From Chitinophagaceae bacterium (lineage in GTDB: Bacteria > Bacteroidota > Bacteroidia > Chitinophagales > Chitinophagaceae): 38,317 bases of DNA. Positions 1 to 10,579 of this stretch are shown here, piece after piece. The notes below the pieces were generated by a model that saw only the letters and a list, made by a program, of their open reading frames with translations, ran no database searches and was not told the DNA's origin. The position numbers and the translations under genes are program-made. How positions within the stretch are numbered: position 1 is the first letter of the stretch; each line of letters begins with the position of its first letter. The stretch lies in contig JBIKIB010000001.1 of assembly GCA_044361845.1 (NCBI GenBank), positions 1 through 38,317 of the forward strand, read 5' to 3'.

Positions 1-762
1 GGTGATCTCTATTTTGACGACATGGGAGTGGATGAATACGTTGCCGATGAGGTTTTGCTGGATACACTTTGGAGCAGACTGGTCAAAAAATCAGGATTGG
101 AACTTGCCACCAGAATGTGGAAGGAGTGGGGGCTGACAGGTAATTTCACGGATCACCTAAGGGCTGAATTGGGTAGATGCCTGTTCAGCATTGATATCAA
201 AGAAGCGAATCCTAAACTGCGCGCATTCAAAAGTCTTTTTTATGTACCGCGGTGGACATGTGCCAACCTCGAGATTTTCCAGGATTTCGGTCCGAACCTG
301 ATACCATACTTCGACAACCGCATGTGCGAATTCATTTGTACAGTACCTGAAAAATGGCTGTCGGGAAGGAAGTTACAGATAGAGTATCTTAAAAGAAGAT
401 CCCCGGCGCTGGCTCGTATCACATGGCAGTCACATAAACCATTCAACCTTTACAACCATGAATGGGACAGGGTTCCTTTCAATCTTCCATACCGTTTCAT
501 CAACAAGATCAAGCGGATCTTATCAAAGGACCATACGATTCAGCGGAACTGGGAACTTCAATTCCTTGGGGATGAGAATGAAGCCCATCTAGAAAAAAAC
601 CTTTTGAATGATCCCTCATTCCACGAGCTCATCCCGAGGCATATTGCAAAAGAGTTCTATCAGAAATTCAAATCAGAAAACCAGCTTACATATTACAATA
701 GCACAACCATGATGCTTACGTTGAGTATGTTCCAGCAGCTGCGAGCGGAAGTAAATGGTTGA
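1..762 (+). CDS. Asparagine synthetase-like protein, C-terminal part (5'-truncated by the window edge)
   Basis: Frame is open from base 1 (GDLYFDDMG...). 'LIPYFDNRMCEFICTVPEKWLSGRKLQIEYLK' resembles the R/xPFLD..L..F...+P motif of Asn_synthase C-terminal domains. Lies in a glycan locus. Confidence 0.7.
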   Translation, partial: GDLYFDDMGVDEYVADEVLLDTLWSRLVKKSGLELATRMWKEWGLTGNFTDHLRAELGRCLFSIDIKEANPKLRAFKSLFYVPRWTCANLEIFQDFGPNLIPYFDNRMCEFICTVPEKWLSGRKLQIEYLKRRSPALARITWQSHKPFNLYNHEWDRVPFNLPYRFINKIKRILSKDHTIQRNWELQFLGDENEAHLEKNLLNDPSFHELIPRHIAKEFYQKFKSENQLTYYNSTTMMLTLSMFQQLRAEVNG

Positions 763-2173
763 TGTGGCGTTTCATGAAACATTACTTTTAAATAAATCGA
801 AATTGTTTGAATTTCTTAAATATCCGTCACCGACCTGGTACTACAGGAACTACAACTTGTCCAGGGTTCGTTTGTATGACGAGGCTTTCCTGAAGGAGCA
901 GGCAGTGATAGGAAACTTGTTGGCCGACACGATGTACCAAGATCCGAATGCTGCAACGGCAGACCTCATCTATCAGGCATTGTCAGGTGGTTTGATACAG
1001 AAAAACCCTGCATCCAATGCACAGCATACAGCATCTGAAATCAATAACCCCGAAGACAATTATCGTTTCCTTCGAAAATACTTCCCGGCAAAGTGGAGTT
1101 TTTACACGCTATTTGTTCGGATCCTGACATTGCATCATCCGGTCCGGGAGATATCAGGTTTTCTTAGGAGCAGACATGTCAAGAAAGTGAATATTCATGG
1201 GAACGATGATGGGTTTCAGGATTTCCGGGACTTCGACCCTCCCATTGAAAAGGATTCCGCTTTCGTATCGGTCATCATCCCCACCCTCAACAGATATACG
1301 TATCTCGCGGATGTTTTCAAAGACCTTGAGAAGCAGACCTGGAAGCATTTTGAAGTGATCATATGCGACCAATCGGATCCATTCGATGCAAAAGCATATG
1401 AAGGTTGGAACCTTGACATGAAGGTCATACAACAAGAAGAGAAAGCCTTGTGGAAAGCCCGCAACAAATGTATTGATGCATCCAAGGGAAATCTCATCCT
1501 GTTGTTCGATGATGATTCAAGGGTCGAACCTGACTGGATCATAAATCACATCAAATGCCTATATTACTTCGATGCGGCCATCTCCGCAGGGGTAACGGAT
1601 ACGATCATAGGGCATGGCCTTTCTGCCAAGGAAAGCTATTTCCATTATTCAGATGTTTTTGATACCGGGAATGCACTCCTGAAGCGTATTGTTTTCGATT
1701 CTGTTGGACTTTTCGACAGACAATTCGAGAAACAGCGCATGGGTGATGGGGAGTTTGGCATGAGGGCTTATCTGGGTGGCTTCCCATCGATATCCAATCC
1801 ACATGCAAGCCGTGTGCATCTTAAAGTGGATACCGGTGGTCTACGTCAGTTTGGCAGCTGGGATGCTTTCAGGCCAAAGAATATTTTTTCACCAAGGCCC
1901 GTTCCAAGCGTCTTGTATTTCTCCAGGAAATATTTCGGTGCGACATCCTCTATCATCATGATCATGAACTCACTTGCTTCATCGGTCATCCCATATAAAT
2001 ATAAAAAGAACAGAACGCTCAAGATGATCTCTCCGATGATCATGATCATTCTTTCTCCATTGCTGTTGGTGCAGGTCTTGCGTTCCTGGCATTTGTCCGG
2101 GAAAAAACTACAGCAAGGCCCAATCATACGGATGCCAAAAAAAGATCATGAAATTATTACTGATCAGTTCTGA
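755..2173 (+). CDS. Glycosyltransferase family 2 with N-terminal extension
   Basis: VSVIIPTLNR, EVIICDQS, ARNKCI and LLFDDD (DxD) GT2 motifs; hydrophobic C-terminal helix. The start is uncertain (TTG at 803 is an alternative). Confidence 0.9.
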   Translation: MVDVAFHETLLLNKSKLFEFLKYPSPTWYYRNYNLSRVRLYDEAFLKEQAVIGNLLADTMYQDPNAATADLIYQALSGGLIQKNPASNAQHTASEINNPEDNYRFLRKYFPAKWSFYTLFVRILTLHHPVREISGFLRSRHVKKVNIHGNDDGFQDFRDFDPPIEKDSAFVSVIIPTLNRYTYLADVFKDLEKQTWKHFEVIICDQSDPFDAKAYEGWNLDMKVIQQEEKALWKARNKCIDASKGNLILLFDDDSRVEPDWIINHIKCLYYFDAAISAGVTDTIIGHGLSAKESYFHYSDVFDTGNALLKRIVFDSVGLFDRQFEKQRMGDGEFGMRAYLGGFPSISNPHASRVHLKVDTGGLRQFGSWDAFRPKNIFSPRPVPSVLYFSRKYFGATSSIIMIMNSLASSVIPYKYKKNRTLKMISPMIMIILSPLLLVQVLRSWHLSGKKLQQGPIIRMPKKDHEIITDQF

Positions 2174-3254
2174 ATTTCCACCCGGCCCGGGGGGCATCGG
2201 GCACCATGCATATTCTTTGTGCAAGGCCATGTGTCATTTGGGCCATGAAGTGACCGTACTGACCGTCACAGACTTTGCCACAGCGGAAGATGTACGCAGG
2301 TTCGACGAGGATCATGATTTCAGGATCATCCGATTTCCACGGATAGGATGGAGGACCTATCTGAAAAGAATTTCCATCACTGACCATGATGTCCGAAAAA
2401 ATAAATATGAAGCAGTGCTGCTCACCGGGAAGTTCTCACTGTGGATCGGTGCATATCTCAAAATACGCTTCCCACGGTTGAGGACCATTGCGATCTTGCA
2501 TGGCAGTGAAGTGAATCCATCAAGGCTTCCATTGCGGAAACTCACCCATCATTCCATTGCTTCTGCGGATGAGATCGTTTCCGTGTCGCACTTCACCGCA
2601 TCTTTACTGCCACAAAAGATAAGAGATGCCAGGAACATTCACATCATCCCCAATGGGATCGATATCGTGCAATTGTCATCATATAATTCCGCTTCGGGTT
2701 TGGCCTTGAAAGGGGATCCGAAACTGCTGACGGTTGGGCATGTGTCACCCCGAAAAGGACAACACAGGGTGATTCGGGCTCTTCCGGAATTGAGAAAAAT
2801 ATTTCCGGCGCTTCACTATCACATCGTAGGTCGGCCGATCACAAAGGACAAGCTGGTTGCTTTATCGAAAGAACTCGGTGTCGCCGACATGGTCACCTTT
2901 CATGGTGCTGCAGCCACGCATGAGGAGCTTGCCAGGTATTATCAACATACGGATGTGTTCATGTTGCTCAGCGAAAACCAGCCCGACGGGGATGTGGAAG
3001 GTTTCGGCATCGTGGCATTGGAAGCGAACTACTTCGGTCTTCCCGTTGTCGGTGCGAAAAAATGTGGAGTGGAAGATGCCGTGGATGACAGGAAATCCGG
3101 TATCCTGGTCGATGGCAACGAAACCATGGAGATCGCAGATGCCGTGACGCGTTGCATGGCTGATAAGCATAAGATGTCAGATGCTGCCAGAGCTTGGGCC
3201 CAGAGACATGACTGGGATCATATTGTTCACCGATTCATGAAGGTCATACAGTGA
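2148..3254 (+). CDS. Glycosyltransferase family 4
   Basis: FPPGPGGI N-terminus, IPNGID, VGHVSPRKG and EGFGIVALEA (EX7E) motifs. Confidence 0.93.
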   Translation: MKLLLISSEFPPGPGGIGHHAYSLCKAMCHLGHEVTVLTVTDFATAEDVRRFDEDHDFRIIRFPRIGWRTYLKRISITDHDVRKNKYEAVLLTGKFSLWIGAYLKIRFPRLRTIAILHGSEVNPSRLPLRKLTHHSIASADEIVSVSHFTASLLPQKIRDARNIHIIPNGIDIVQLSSYNSASGLALKGDPKLLTVGHVSPRKGQHRVIRALPELRKIFPALHYHIVGRPITKDKLVALSKELGVADMVTFHGAAATHEELARYYQHTDVFMLLSENQPDGDVEGFGIVALEANYFGLPVVGAKKCGVEDAVDDRKSGILVDGNETMEIADAVTRCMADKHKMSDAARAWAQRHDWDHIVHRFMKVIQ

Positions 3255-4387
3255 AAAAACTCGTCATCATATCACATACTGATCATCAGAGAACAGCCGC
3301 GGGCGAAATCGTGGGTTGGGGGCCAACCGTGACTGAAATAAACTATCTCGCAGGATTTTGGGACGAAGTAGTGCATGTTGCCTGTTTTGAAGATGGCCCC
3401 CCCAAGGGAAGTTCCCTTCCGTATGACAAAATAAATATAAGATTGGAATCGATCCCACCCTTCGGTGGCAAACGGCTCCAGGACAAAATATCCATCATAA
3501 CGAACGCCCCACAGATCATATCGACAGTTAATCAGGCACTCAAAGGTGCCACGCATGTGCAGTTGCGATTACCGATGGGTATTGGTATTTTTCTGCTTCC
3601 ATATTTCACATTTCGGGATCGGAGTAAATATGTGTTCTGGGTTAAATATGCCAATAACTGGAAACAAAAAAATCCTCCTGTGGGATATGCATTCCAGCGA
3701 TGGTTCCTTGACAGGAATCTGGCAGGATGTAAAACAACCATCAATGGATTCTGGGATGACCAGCCCGCCCATTGCGTATCTTTTGAAAATCCGAGCCTTC
3801 GACTTTCAGACCTTGATGCGGGAAAACTTGCGCTTGCCCGTAAAACCTTCAGCCCTCCGTTCACCTTCACGTTCATTGGAAGAATGGAAGATGAAAAGGG
3901 CGTGACAAGGATCCTTGAGGCACTCCGATCTATGAATCCTGAAATGATCGGCACGGTACATTTCATAGGGGACGGCAATAGAAATGCGGACTATATCGCT
4001 AATGCAGCATTCCTCGGTGATAAAGTCCGGTTTCATGGCTACCAAAAAGGAGATACCATCCGTGCTGTACTTTCAGCATCACATTTCTTCCTGCTGCCGA
4101 CCACCGCCTCAGAGGGATTTCCCAAGGTGGTTGCGGAAGCATGCTGTTATGGCTGCATACCCATCGTTTCTGACACGAGCAGCATCCCTCACTATGTTAA
4201 ACACGGACAGAACGGTTTCGTTTGGTGTGCAGGGGGAACCTTGGCTTTCGCGGATGTCCTGGCAGATGCCGTTACTGAAAATAAGGACCGACTGGAGATA
4301 ATCGCAAATAATGGAAGAACGCTTGCAGAAAAGTTCACATTGGAGCGTTATCACAGTAGACTCAACTCTGAAATATTCAAAGCGTGA
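3251..4387 (+). CDS. Glycosyltransferase family 4 (GT-B)
   Basis: GTGA start/stop overlap with the upstream gene; FIGRMEDEKG and SEGFPKVVAEA (EX7E). Confidence 0.9.
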   Translation: MKKLVIISHTDHQRTAAGEIVGWGPTVTEINYLAGFWDEVVHVACFEDGPPKGSSLPYDKINIRLESIPPFGGKRLQDKISIITNAPQIISTVNQALKGATHVQLRLPMGIGIFLLPYFTFRDRSKYVFWVKYANNWKQKNPPVGYAFQRWFLDRNLAGCKTTINGFWDDQPAHCVSFENPSLRLSDLDAGKLALARKTFSPPFTFTFIGRMEDEKGVTRILEALRSMNPEMIGTVHFIGDGNRNADYIANAAFLGDKVRFHGYQKGDTIRAVLSASHFFLLPTTASEGFPKVVAEACCYGCIPIVSDTSSIPHYVKHGQNGFVWCAGGTLAFADVLADAVTENKDRLEIIANNGRTLAEKFTLERYHSRLNSEIFKA

Positions 4388-5805
4388 AGCCAACCATCCA
4401 AAACATATCCGATCCTGCTCAAGCACTTAAATGGACGATCGTCCATGCCGTCATCGGAGCCATATCGGCATTCACACCGTGGGCATTCATATTTTATTTC
4501 TATTTGATCCTTTTTTTCAATGTCAAACAGGCTTTCAGCGTCTTAAAGAAAGGGAATATCATCATGTTCACCTTGCTCGTAGGCTATCTTCAAAGCTTCG
4601 AGCAGGTGGCAAGGGTTTCAAAAAGCTACCCTTTCGTACCAAGTGAGTTTGCCAAATACATATCTGTACTATTCGGGATATACGCCCTCAGCGTGAGTAA
4701 GCGAAAATCCAATCCCGTGGGGATTGCGATGTTCATTTTGATAACACCTGCTATTTTTTACGACTTCAGCGGACAGCGGGGATGGGCTGAGATCGTCAAC
4801 CACTTTCTTTCTCCCTTCGCCGTTTCCCTGGCGGTGATGTTGTGGGGAGGGTATCGTCCGACGGACCTGATGATCTCAAGGCTCATGAGATTGATATGGC
4901 TTGGTTTCGTGTCCGTATTGATATCCGTTGTGGTGAAAACCCCGGAATTGGAAACATTGAATTTCGGTCTTGAAGGGAATGCTGCCACATCTGGCGGTGC
5001 ATCCACCAACCAGATCTCCACGATACTTGGATTCGGGATGTTCCTCTCATTCTACTCCCTGTACAAAAAAGAAAATTTCAGTGGTTACAAACTGGGGGAT
5101 ATGGCCATTTTTCTGCTCTTTTCATTGCAGACCTTACTGACATTTTCCAGGGGCGGTATGATCGGGGGAGTATTAGCGATACTCGTCATGGTTTTCGGAT
5201 CTGCAGTCACTTCATCGCCTTCTGAGGCCTCTGCCACTGTCCAGGGAAAGAAAAAGAAAGGTTTCCCCGTGATATACCTCGTAGTGGGTGTCATTTTACT
5301 TTTAGTGGCATTCACGATCGTGGATCAGGTGACAGGCGGGAAATTGAGTCTGCGATATCAAGGAGAAACACAAGGAACAGTGGGTGGGTATGCAGAAAAA
5401 GACATCAATCGATTCACATCCGGTAGAAGCGGTATTGTGGAAGATGATATAAAAGTATGGCTTGACAATCCCGTCATTGGCGGAGGTATCGGCTCTTCCC
5501 CCTATCTGAGGATGAGGCACCAGACTGATGGTGGTGATTTTTACATCACTCCGCATATTGAATTGAGCAGATTACTGTCTGAACATGGGATATTAGGCAT
5601 AGGCTATTTTATTTTGATCGTTTACATCGGAATTCGGACGTGGTTCAGGCGAAATCAACTGCCATCGGGTGATGTCCTTTTTGCACTATATATACTGGCT
5701 ATCGCGACATCATTCCATGCCGCGATGCGGACATTCGTAACACCATTCCTGATATCCATTTGTGCCATGTCGCTCAGTAAACCCCTTTCGAGAAAAAGTC
5801 AATGA
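4384..5805 (+). CDS. O-antigen ligase/Wzy polymerase family membrane protein
   Basis: About 11-12 hydrophobic segments; LTFSRGG, TSGR, NPVIGGGIG and PHIELSRLLSEHGILG (Wzy_C H..Y/L..L.E.G+.G) motifs; embedded among GTs. Confidence 0.85.
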   Translation: MKPTIQNISDPAQALKWTIVHAVIGAISAFTPWAFIFYFYLILFFNVKQAFSVLKKGNIIMFTLLVGYLQSFEQVARVSKSYPFVPSEFAKYISVLFGIYALSVSKRKSNPVGIAMFILITPAIFYDFSGQRGWAEIVNHFLSPFAVSLAVMLWGGYRPTDLMISRLMRLIWLGFVSVLISVVVKTPELETLNFGLEGNAATSGGASTNQISTILGFGMFLSFYSLYKKENFSGYKLGDMAIFLLFSLQTLLTFSRGGMIGGVLAILVMVFGSAVTSSPSEASATVQGKKKKGFPVIYLVVGVILLLVAFTIVDQVTGGKLSLRYQGETQGTVGGYAEKDINRFTSGRSGIVEDDIKVWLDNPVIGGGIGSSPYLRMRHQTDGGDFYITPHIELSRLLSEHGILGIGYFILIVYIGIRTWFRRNQLPSGDVLFALYILAIATSFHAAMRTFVTPFLISICAMSLSKPLSRKSQ

Positions 5806-6845
5806 CAAAGAAGATACTTTTCGTCGGCGCCATCAATAGGCAAAACCCTCCAGCTAATGGTGAGGAATACAAGAATCAGATCTTGCTGGGATACCTTGAA
5901 CGCGGCATGGATGTGGTGTCGATCGATACGATGGCTTGGAGCAAAGACCCCAAAGTATTGCCTTCTCTGATCTATCACATGATGTTCCCAGGGTACGATA
6001 GCATTGTCATATCCGCATCCAGTGCATCCGTCTTCAAGCTTCTCAACTTCATGAGAAGATTCAATGGCAGGATGAAGAAGATCATATACTTCGTCATCGG
6101 CGGTTATTATCCAACGGGGATCTCTGAAGGTAAATATAAAGCCGTAGCCTATCAGAAACTTCGGAGCATTGTGGTGGAAGGTGACAGGATGAAAAAGGAA
6201 CTGATAAGCCTGGGTATCCTTGCCCCGGTGCATGTGGTACCTAACTTCAAAAAAATTGACCGGCTATGGGGTCATCCTTCCAAATATGACGAACCCCGAC
6301 TCAGATTTATTTTCGTATCCCGCATCACGGATACAAAAGGTGTCTCACTGATCTTTGAAGCACTAAAGGATCCACGGTTCCACTCCCTTTCCGAGTCCTT
6401 CAAAATCGATTTCTACGGACCCGTAGAAAAAGAATATAAGGTGACTTTCGAAGAAGGCATCCGATCATCTCCGAATTGCAACTATTGTGGATACCTCGAT
6501 ATAAACAACAAACGCGATGAATGCTACGGCATGATGTCAGCATACCATGTCATGCTATTCCCCACCTTCTGGATGGGTGAGGGATTTCCGGGAGCGATCA
6601 TTGATGCTTTAGTATGTGGCATTCCGGTCATCGCCAGTGACTGGAACATGAACAGCGAAGTGATAACAGAAGGATTTACCGGAAAACTGATCCCCAACAA
6701 GGATGTGAACGCATTGGCAGATGCGATGATAGATGCCATATCAGATAGGGAAAAATGGCGAATCATGAGCGAAAATTGTCACCGGCAGGCATTGGAATTC
6801 GACACGGACGCAGTATTGGACAAACACATAGAGAAAATCATCTGA
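5802..6845 (+). CDS. Glycosyltransferase family 4
   Basis: FVSRITDTKG and EGFPGAIIDALVCGIPVIASD; ATGA coupling to the upstream gene. Confidence 0.9.
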   Translation: MTKKILFVGAINRQNPPANGEEYKNQILLGYLERGMDVVSIDTMAWSKDPKVLPSLIYHMMFPGYDSIVISASSASVFKLLNFMRRFNGRMKKIIYFVIGGYYPTGISEGKYKAVAYQKLRSIVVEGDRMKKELISLGILAPVHVVPNFKKIDRLWGHPSKYDEPRLRFIFVSRITDTKGVSLIFEALKDPRFHSLSESFKIDFYGPVEKEYKVTFEEGIRSSPNCNYCGYLDINNKRDECYGMMSAYHVMLFPTFWMGEGFPGAIIDALVCGIPVIASDWNMNSEVITEGFTGKLIPNKDVNALADAMIDAISDREKWRIMSENCHRQALEFDTDAVLDKHIEKII

Positions 6846-6849
6846 GTAC

Positions 6850-8172
6850 ATGATGCAACATATCAGGAACAGTTTACTGGAAAAAATGATCCTACCCATT
6901 GGTGACAGCATACTGGGAGGTAGTTTCATGACCGAACTAAAGGAATTGAGGACAATGAAGGGGCATTTACATCTGCAGATGCAAAAGCTGAAGAATGTCC
7001 TTGACCATGCCTCGGAGAATTCCCCCTATTACAGGAACTTTCATGTGAAAAAGAAAGTTGACCCCGTTGAATACCTGCGACAATTCCCGATCCTGACAAA
7101 AGCCGATCTCCGGCAACACACAGCTGACATACTCACGCAGCCCATGGATGGCCTAACAAGGGAATGCAGCAGCGGGACATCCGGATTTCAAAGCATCGTA
7201 CACTGGACAAAACGAGAGCAATCGCAACACAGGGCGACACAACTTCTTTGGTGGGAATGGGCAGGCTACAGGATCGGTGATCCCCTGGTGCAGACAGGCA
7301 TCACACCCAACCGAAAGCTGATAAAAGGCATCAAGGATAAACTTTTCAATACATATTATCTGCAGGCATTCAGTCATAGTCAGGATGATGTCGCAAAAGC
7401 ATTCGCCTGGGCGAAAAAGAAGAAAGACCCTGTTCTTGCCGGTTATGCGTCATCGTTATATGTACTTGCCCAGTTCGCTGAAAAGATGGGTGTGGATCTG
7501 CATTTCAAAACCGCAATATCCTGGGGTGACAAACTTTTTCCGCATTATAGAAAACTCATCGAGTCCGTCTTCTCAACACGTGTTCATGAAACATACGGAT
7601 CCGCAGAAGGACTGATGATGGGTGCACAGAAAGATCTGGATTATATGTACCAGATGAACTCAAATGTATTCATGGAACTCCTTGATGATGATGGTCAGCC
7701 CGTCAAGGAAGGAGAGATGGGGCATGTCATCGTCACGAACCTGAATGCATATGCCATGCCGCTCATCCGTTATCGGATCGGCGACCTTGCCAGGATGCTA
7801 CCGAAGGAAGATTATCCCTCACAAAGGGAGCTTCATTTTCCGCTGATCGAAAAAGTGATCGGCAGGGATACGGATCTCGTTCGCACTCCAGGAGGAAAGA
7901 TGATGGTCGTCCATTCGTTCACAGGCATCTTTGAACATATTCCCCAGATCAGCCAATTCAAGATCATCCAGGAAAAACTGGAAGGCATCACCATAGAATT
8001 CGTCAGAGGCGATGGTTTCACCGAAGAATTACTTGTGAAGGTCGAAACCAACATCCTCAATAATATCCGCGAACCTTTTGAGATCATATTCAGGGAAATG
8101 ATGGCCATCAGCCCCTCTCCCTCAGGAAAGCCTCAACTGATCGTTTCCAGGATCGCAGCGAAAAAACCCTGA
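6850..8172 (+). CDS. CapK / phenylacetate-CoA ligase-like adenylate-forming enzyme
   Basis: FPILTK, SSGTSG (AMP-binding loop), YGSAE, MPLIRYRIGDL, GRDTD and C-terminal SPSGK motifs. Confidence 0.85.
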   Translation: MMQHIRNSLLEKMILPIGDSILGGSFMTELKELRTMKGHLHLQMQKLKNVLDHASENSPYYRNFHVKKKVDPVEYLRQFPILTKADLRQHTADILTQPMDGLTRECSSGTSGFQSIVHWTKREQSQHRATQLLWWEWAGYRIGDPLVQTGITPNRKLIKGIKDKLFNTYYLQAFSHSQDDVAKAFAWAKKKKDPVLAGYASSLYVLAQFAEKMGVDLHFKTAISWGDKLFPHYRKLIESVFSTRVHETYGSAEGLMMGAQKDLDYMYQMNSNVFMELLDDDGQPVKEGEMGHVIVTNLNAYAMPLIRYRIGDLARMLPKEDYPSQRELHFPLIEKVIGRDTDLVRTPGGKMMVVHSFTGIFEHIPQISQFKIIQEKLEGITIEFVRGDGFTEELLVKVETNILNNIREPFEIIFREMMAISPSPSGKPQLIVSRIAAKKP

Positions 8173-8199
8173 TGTGCGTTCACTTTAAAGACAAGGATT

Positions 8200-9393
8200 T
8201 TGAAGATCGTTTATTTCTATCAATACTTCTGCACACCGAACGGGTCCTGGGGTACACGGATTTATGAGTTCGCTTCCGAATGGGTCGCGCAGGGACATGA
8301 TGTGACGGTTGTGACTTCTGTTTACAGCAAGTCGGATCTGAAAGCCACAAAGTTCATCGAAACACAATATCACAATGGCATCAGGGTCAAAGTGATAAAT
8401 CTCAAGATAGACAATCGGCAGCCGCTGATTCAAAGGATATACACTTTTGTTGCCTACGCAATGATATCAGCGTGGTACGCCATCACATTGCCAGCGGATG
8501 TGGTCGTGGCATCATCCGGCCCTATCACCGTCGGTATCCCCGGCTTGGTGGCAAGGTATCTTCGCGGCAGAAAGCTGGTGTTCGAGGCAAGAGATCTTTG
8601 GCCTGATGGTGCCATAGAGCTCGGCATCATCAAAAACCCCTTTATCAGGAAACTTGCATACCGATTCGAGAGCTTCTGTTATGCATCTTCCAGTGCAGTG
8701 GTATCCTTATCGCCCGGCATGAAACAGGCCATAGAGAAAAAGCACAAACACCCGAAGGTCTACTCTGTGACCAATTCCGCCAACATCAGCCTGTTTTCCG
8801 GCATCCTTCCATTCAAAGACTATGGCTTACTTCGATCCGGTAAATATGCCATTTATTCCGGAAACATTGGAGAGGTGAATAATGCGTGGTGGATGTATGA
8901 AGCCGCAAGATCACTGAGGGAAAAAGGACATGATGACATCGTGATCCTCATGGTAGGGGAGGGTCAGCAAAAAAAAGACCTGCAAGCCCGTGTATTGAAA
9001 GATCGCCTTGACAACCTAATATTCCTTGACCTCATGCCCAAAACCGAACTGGTGGCATTGGTGCAGCATGCCATGGTCTCGCTGGTACCCCTGAAAGGCA
9101 CACCTGTACTGGACACTTCTTCACCCAACAAATTCTTCGAGTCCCTTGCGGCAGGGGTACCCGTGATACAGACCACGCAAGGTTGGATGAAGGATTTTCT
9201 CGATGCACATAACATAGGATTCACTGTTGACCCCAATGACCCGGCTTCGCTCGCAGATTGCCTGATCGCATTGGATGCGAACAAGATGTTGAAAGACGAA
9301 CTCGGACGCAATGCGGCAGTTGTCGCCAGAGAGCATTTTGACAAATCAAAACTCGCAGCAGATATGCTGGCTGCCTTGAAAAAAGCAATGTGA
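8200..9393 (+). CDS. Glycosyltransferase family 4, WbuB-like
   Basis: TTG start; YFYQYF.TP, FEARDLWP, YSGNIG and SPNKFFESLAAGVP, typical of WbuB-like GT4. Confidence 0.88.
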   Translation: MKIVYFYQYFCTPNGSWGTRIYEFASEWVAQGHDVTVVTSVYSKSDLKATKFIETQYHNGIRVKVINLKIDNRQPLIQRIYTFVAYAMISAWYAITLPADVVVASSGPITVGIPGLVARYLRGRKLVFEARDLWPDGAIELGIIKNPFIRKLAYRFESFCYASSSAVVSLSPGMKQAIEKKHKHPKVYSVTNSANISLFSGILPFKDYGLLRSGKYAIYSGNIGEVNNAWWMYEAARSLREKGHDDIVILMVGEGQQKKDLQARVLKDRLDNLIFLDLMPKTELVALVQHAMVSLVPLKGTPVLDTSSPNKFFESLAAGVPVIQTTQGWMKDFLDAHNIGFTVDPNDPASLADCLIALDANKMLKDELGRNAAVVAREHFDKSKLAADMLAALKKAM

Positions 9394-9397
9394 TAAG

Positions 9398-10579
9398 ATG
9401 CTGACAAAACTGTTTCAAAGAACCACTCAGTCCTCATCCTTCATCCCGGAGATTGACGGGTTGAGGTTTTTTGCCATCATCACCGTGGTCATTTTTCACC
9501 TCAATACCGCCTATTCACGGCAACTGGGGATGGATGACTACGCAATGTCTATGCTGGGCGGTAGCCGTGACATCACCTCCTCAGGTTGGTGGATCATACG
9601 GCTGGACCTGGGTGTGAAGGTCTTCTTCGCGATCAGCGGAATGGTTCTGGCCCTTCCATTTTTGAAAGCCGGTCTATTCGCAGGAAAAAAGATAAACCTG
9701 AAGGATTATTTTTATAGGAGGCTTACAAGGCTTGAGCCACCTTTCATCATCACGCTTGTCTGCTTCTATATCGTACACATCCTGGTAATGGATAAGACCG
9801 CGTCAGAACTATGGCCTCACATGATGGCCGGATTATTGTACATGCATACATTCATCTTTGCGGCCCCTAATCCAATAAACCCCGTCACCTGGAGCCTGGA
9901 GACAGAGGCACAGTTCTACATGATCGTACCGCTGTTATTCTTTCTCCTTTTTAGATACCCAGGAAAATGGTACAGGATTTTAGTCATAGCTGGACTATTC
10001 GCATTCTCCTTGTTCTTTAAACACTATACATACTACGAACTGGTCTATTTCCTTCAATACTGCATCTTTGCATATTTCACCAATTTCATCACAGGCATCC
10101 TGTTCGCATGGCTTTTTCTTACAAAGAATGAATTCTTCAGGGTGAAACAGGTGTTCTGGGATTTTACCGGTATAGCAGGGATCCTTTTTATATTTATTTT
10201 CTATAAACCGCAGGCTGATATCATCAACAACATCCTCTTCAATACGGGTATCTTCTTGCTCATGCTCGCGGCTTTCAAAGGAACCTACTTCAACCGCTTC
10301 TTCACACTTCCATTCGTTTATGTGGTCGGTGGTATGTGCTATACCATCTACCTCCTGCATTATGCTTTCCTACAACTGCTGGTGAAATTCACATCTTCCC
10401 TTCAAACAGGAAGTGGATATCTGCCAGATCTTTTTCTTCAGTTCATCATTGCCTTGCCCGCGATCCTGCTGGTGTCCGGAATTTTCTTCCTGTTGATTGA
10501 AAAACCATGTATGGACAAGAGATGGCCGGCCAGGATGATGGAGCAGATCAAACACTACATAAAACCTGTTCTAAAATGA
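9398..10579 (+). CDS. Acyltransferase family 3 (OafA/YrhL-like O-acyltransferase)
   Basis: IDGLRFFAI, GVKVFFAISG, RRLTRL.PP, WSLETEAQFY, YTIYLLH and IEKP motifs; multi-pass membrane protein. Confidence 0.92.
   Translation: MLTKLFQRTTQSSSFIPEIDGLRFFAIITVVIFHLNTAYSRQLGMDDYAMSMLGGSRDITSSGWWIIRLDLGVKVFFAISGMVLALPFLKAGLFAGKKINLKDYFYRRLTRLEPPFIITLVCFYIVHILVMDKTASELWPHMMAGLLYMHTFIFAAPNPINPVTWSLETEAQFYMIVPLLFFLLFRYPGKWYRILVIAGLFAFSLFFKHYTYYELVYFLQYCIFAYFTNFITGILFAWLFLTKNEFFRVKQVFWDFTGIAGILFIFIFYKPQADIINNILFNTGIFLLMLAAFKGTYFNRFFTLPFVYVVGGMCYTIYLLHYAFLQLLVKFTSSLQTGSGYLPDLFLQFIIALPAILLVSGIFFLLIEKPCMDKRWPARMMEQIKHYIKPVLK

Noticed and set aside
1951-2050. ATCATG/ATGATC micro-repeats in the GT2 3' end
   Set aside because: They encode Ile/Met-rich hydrophobic helices, and GATC/ATCAT words are frequent across the window. 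Not an array.
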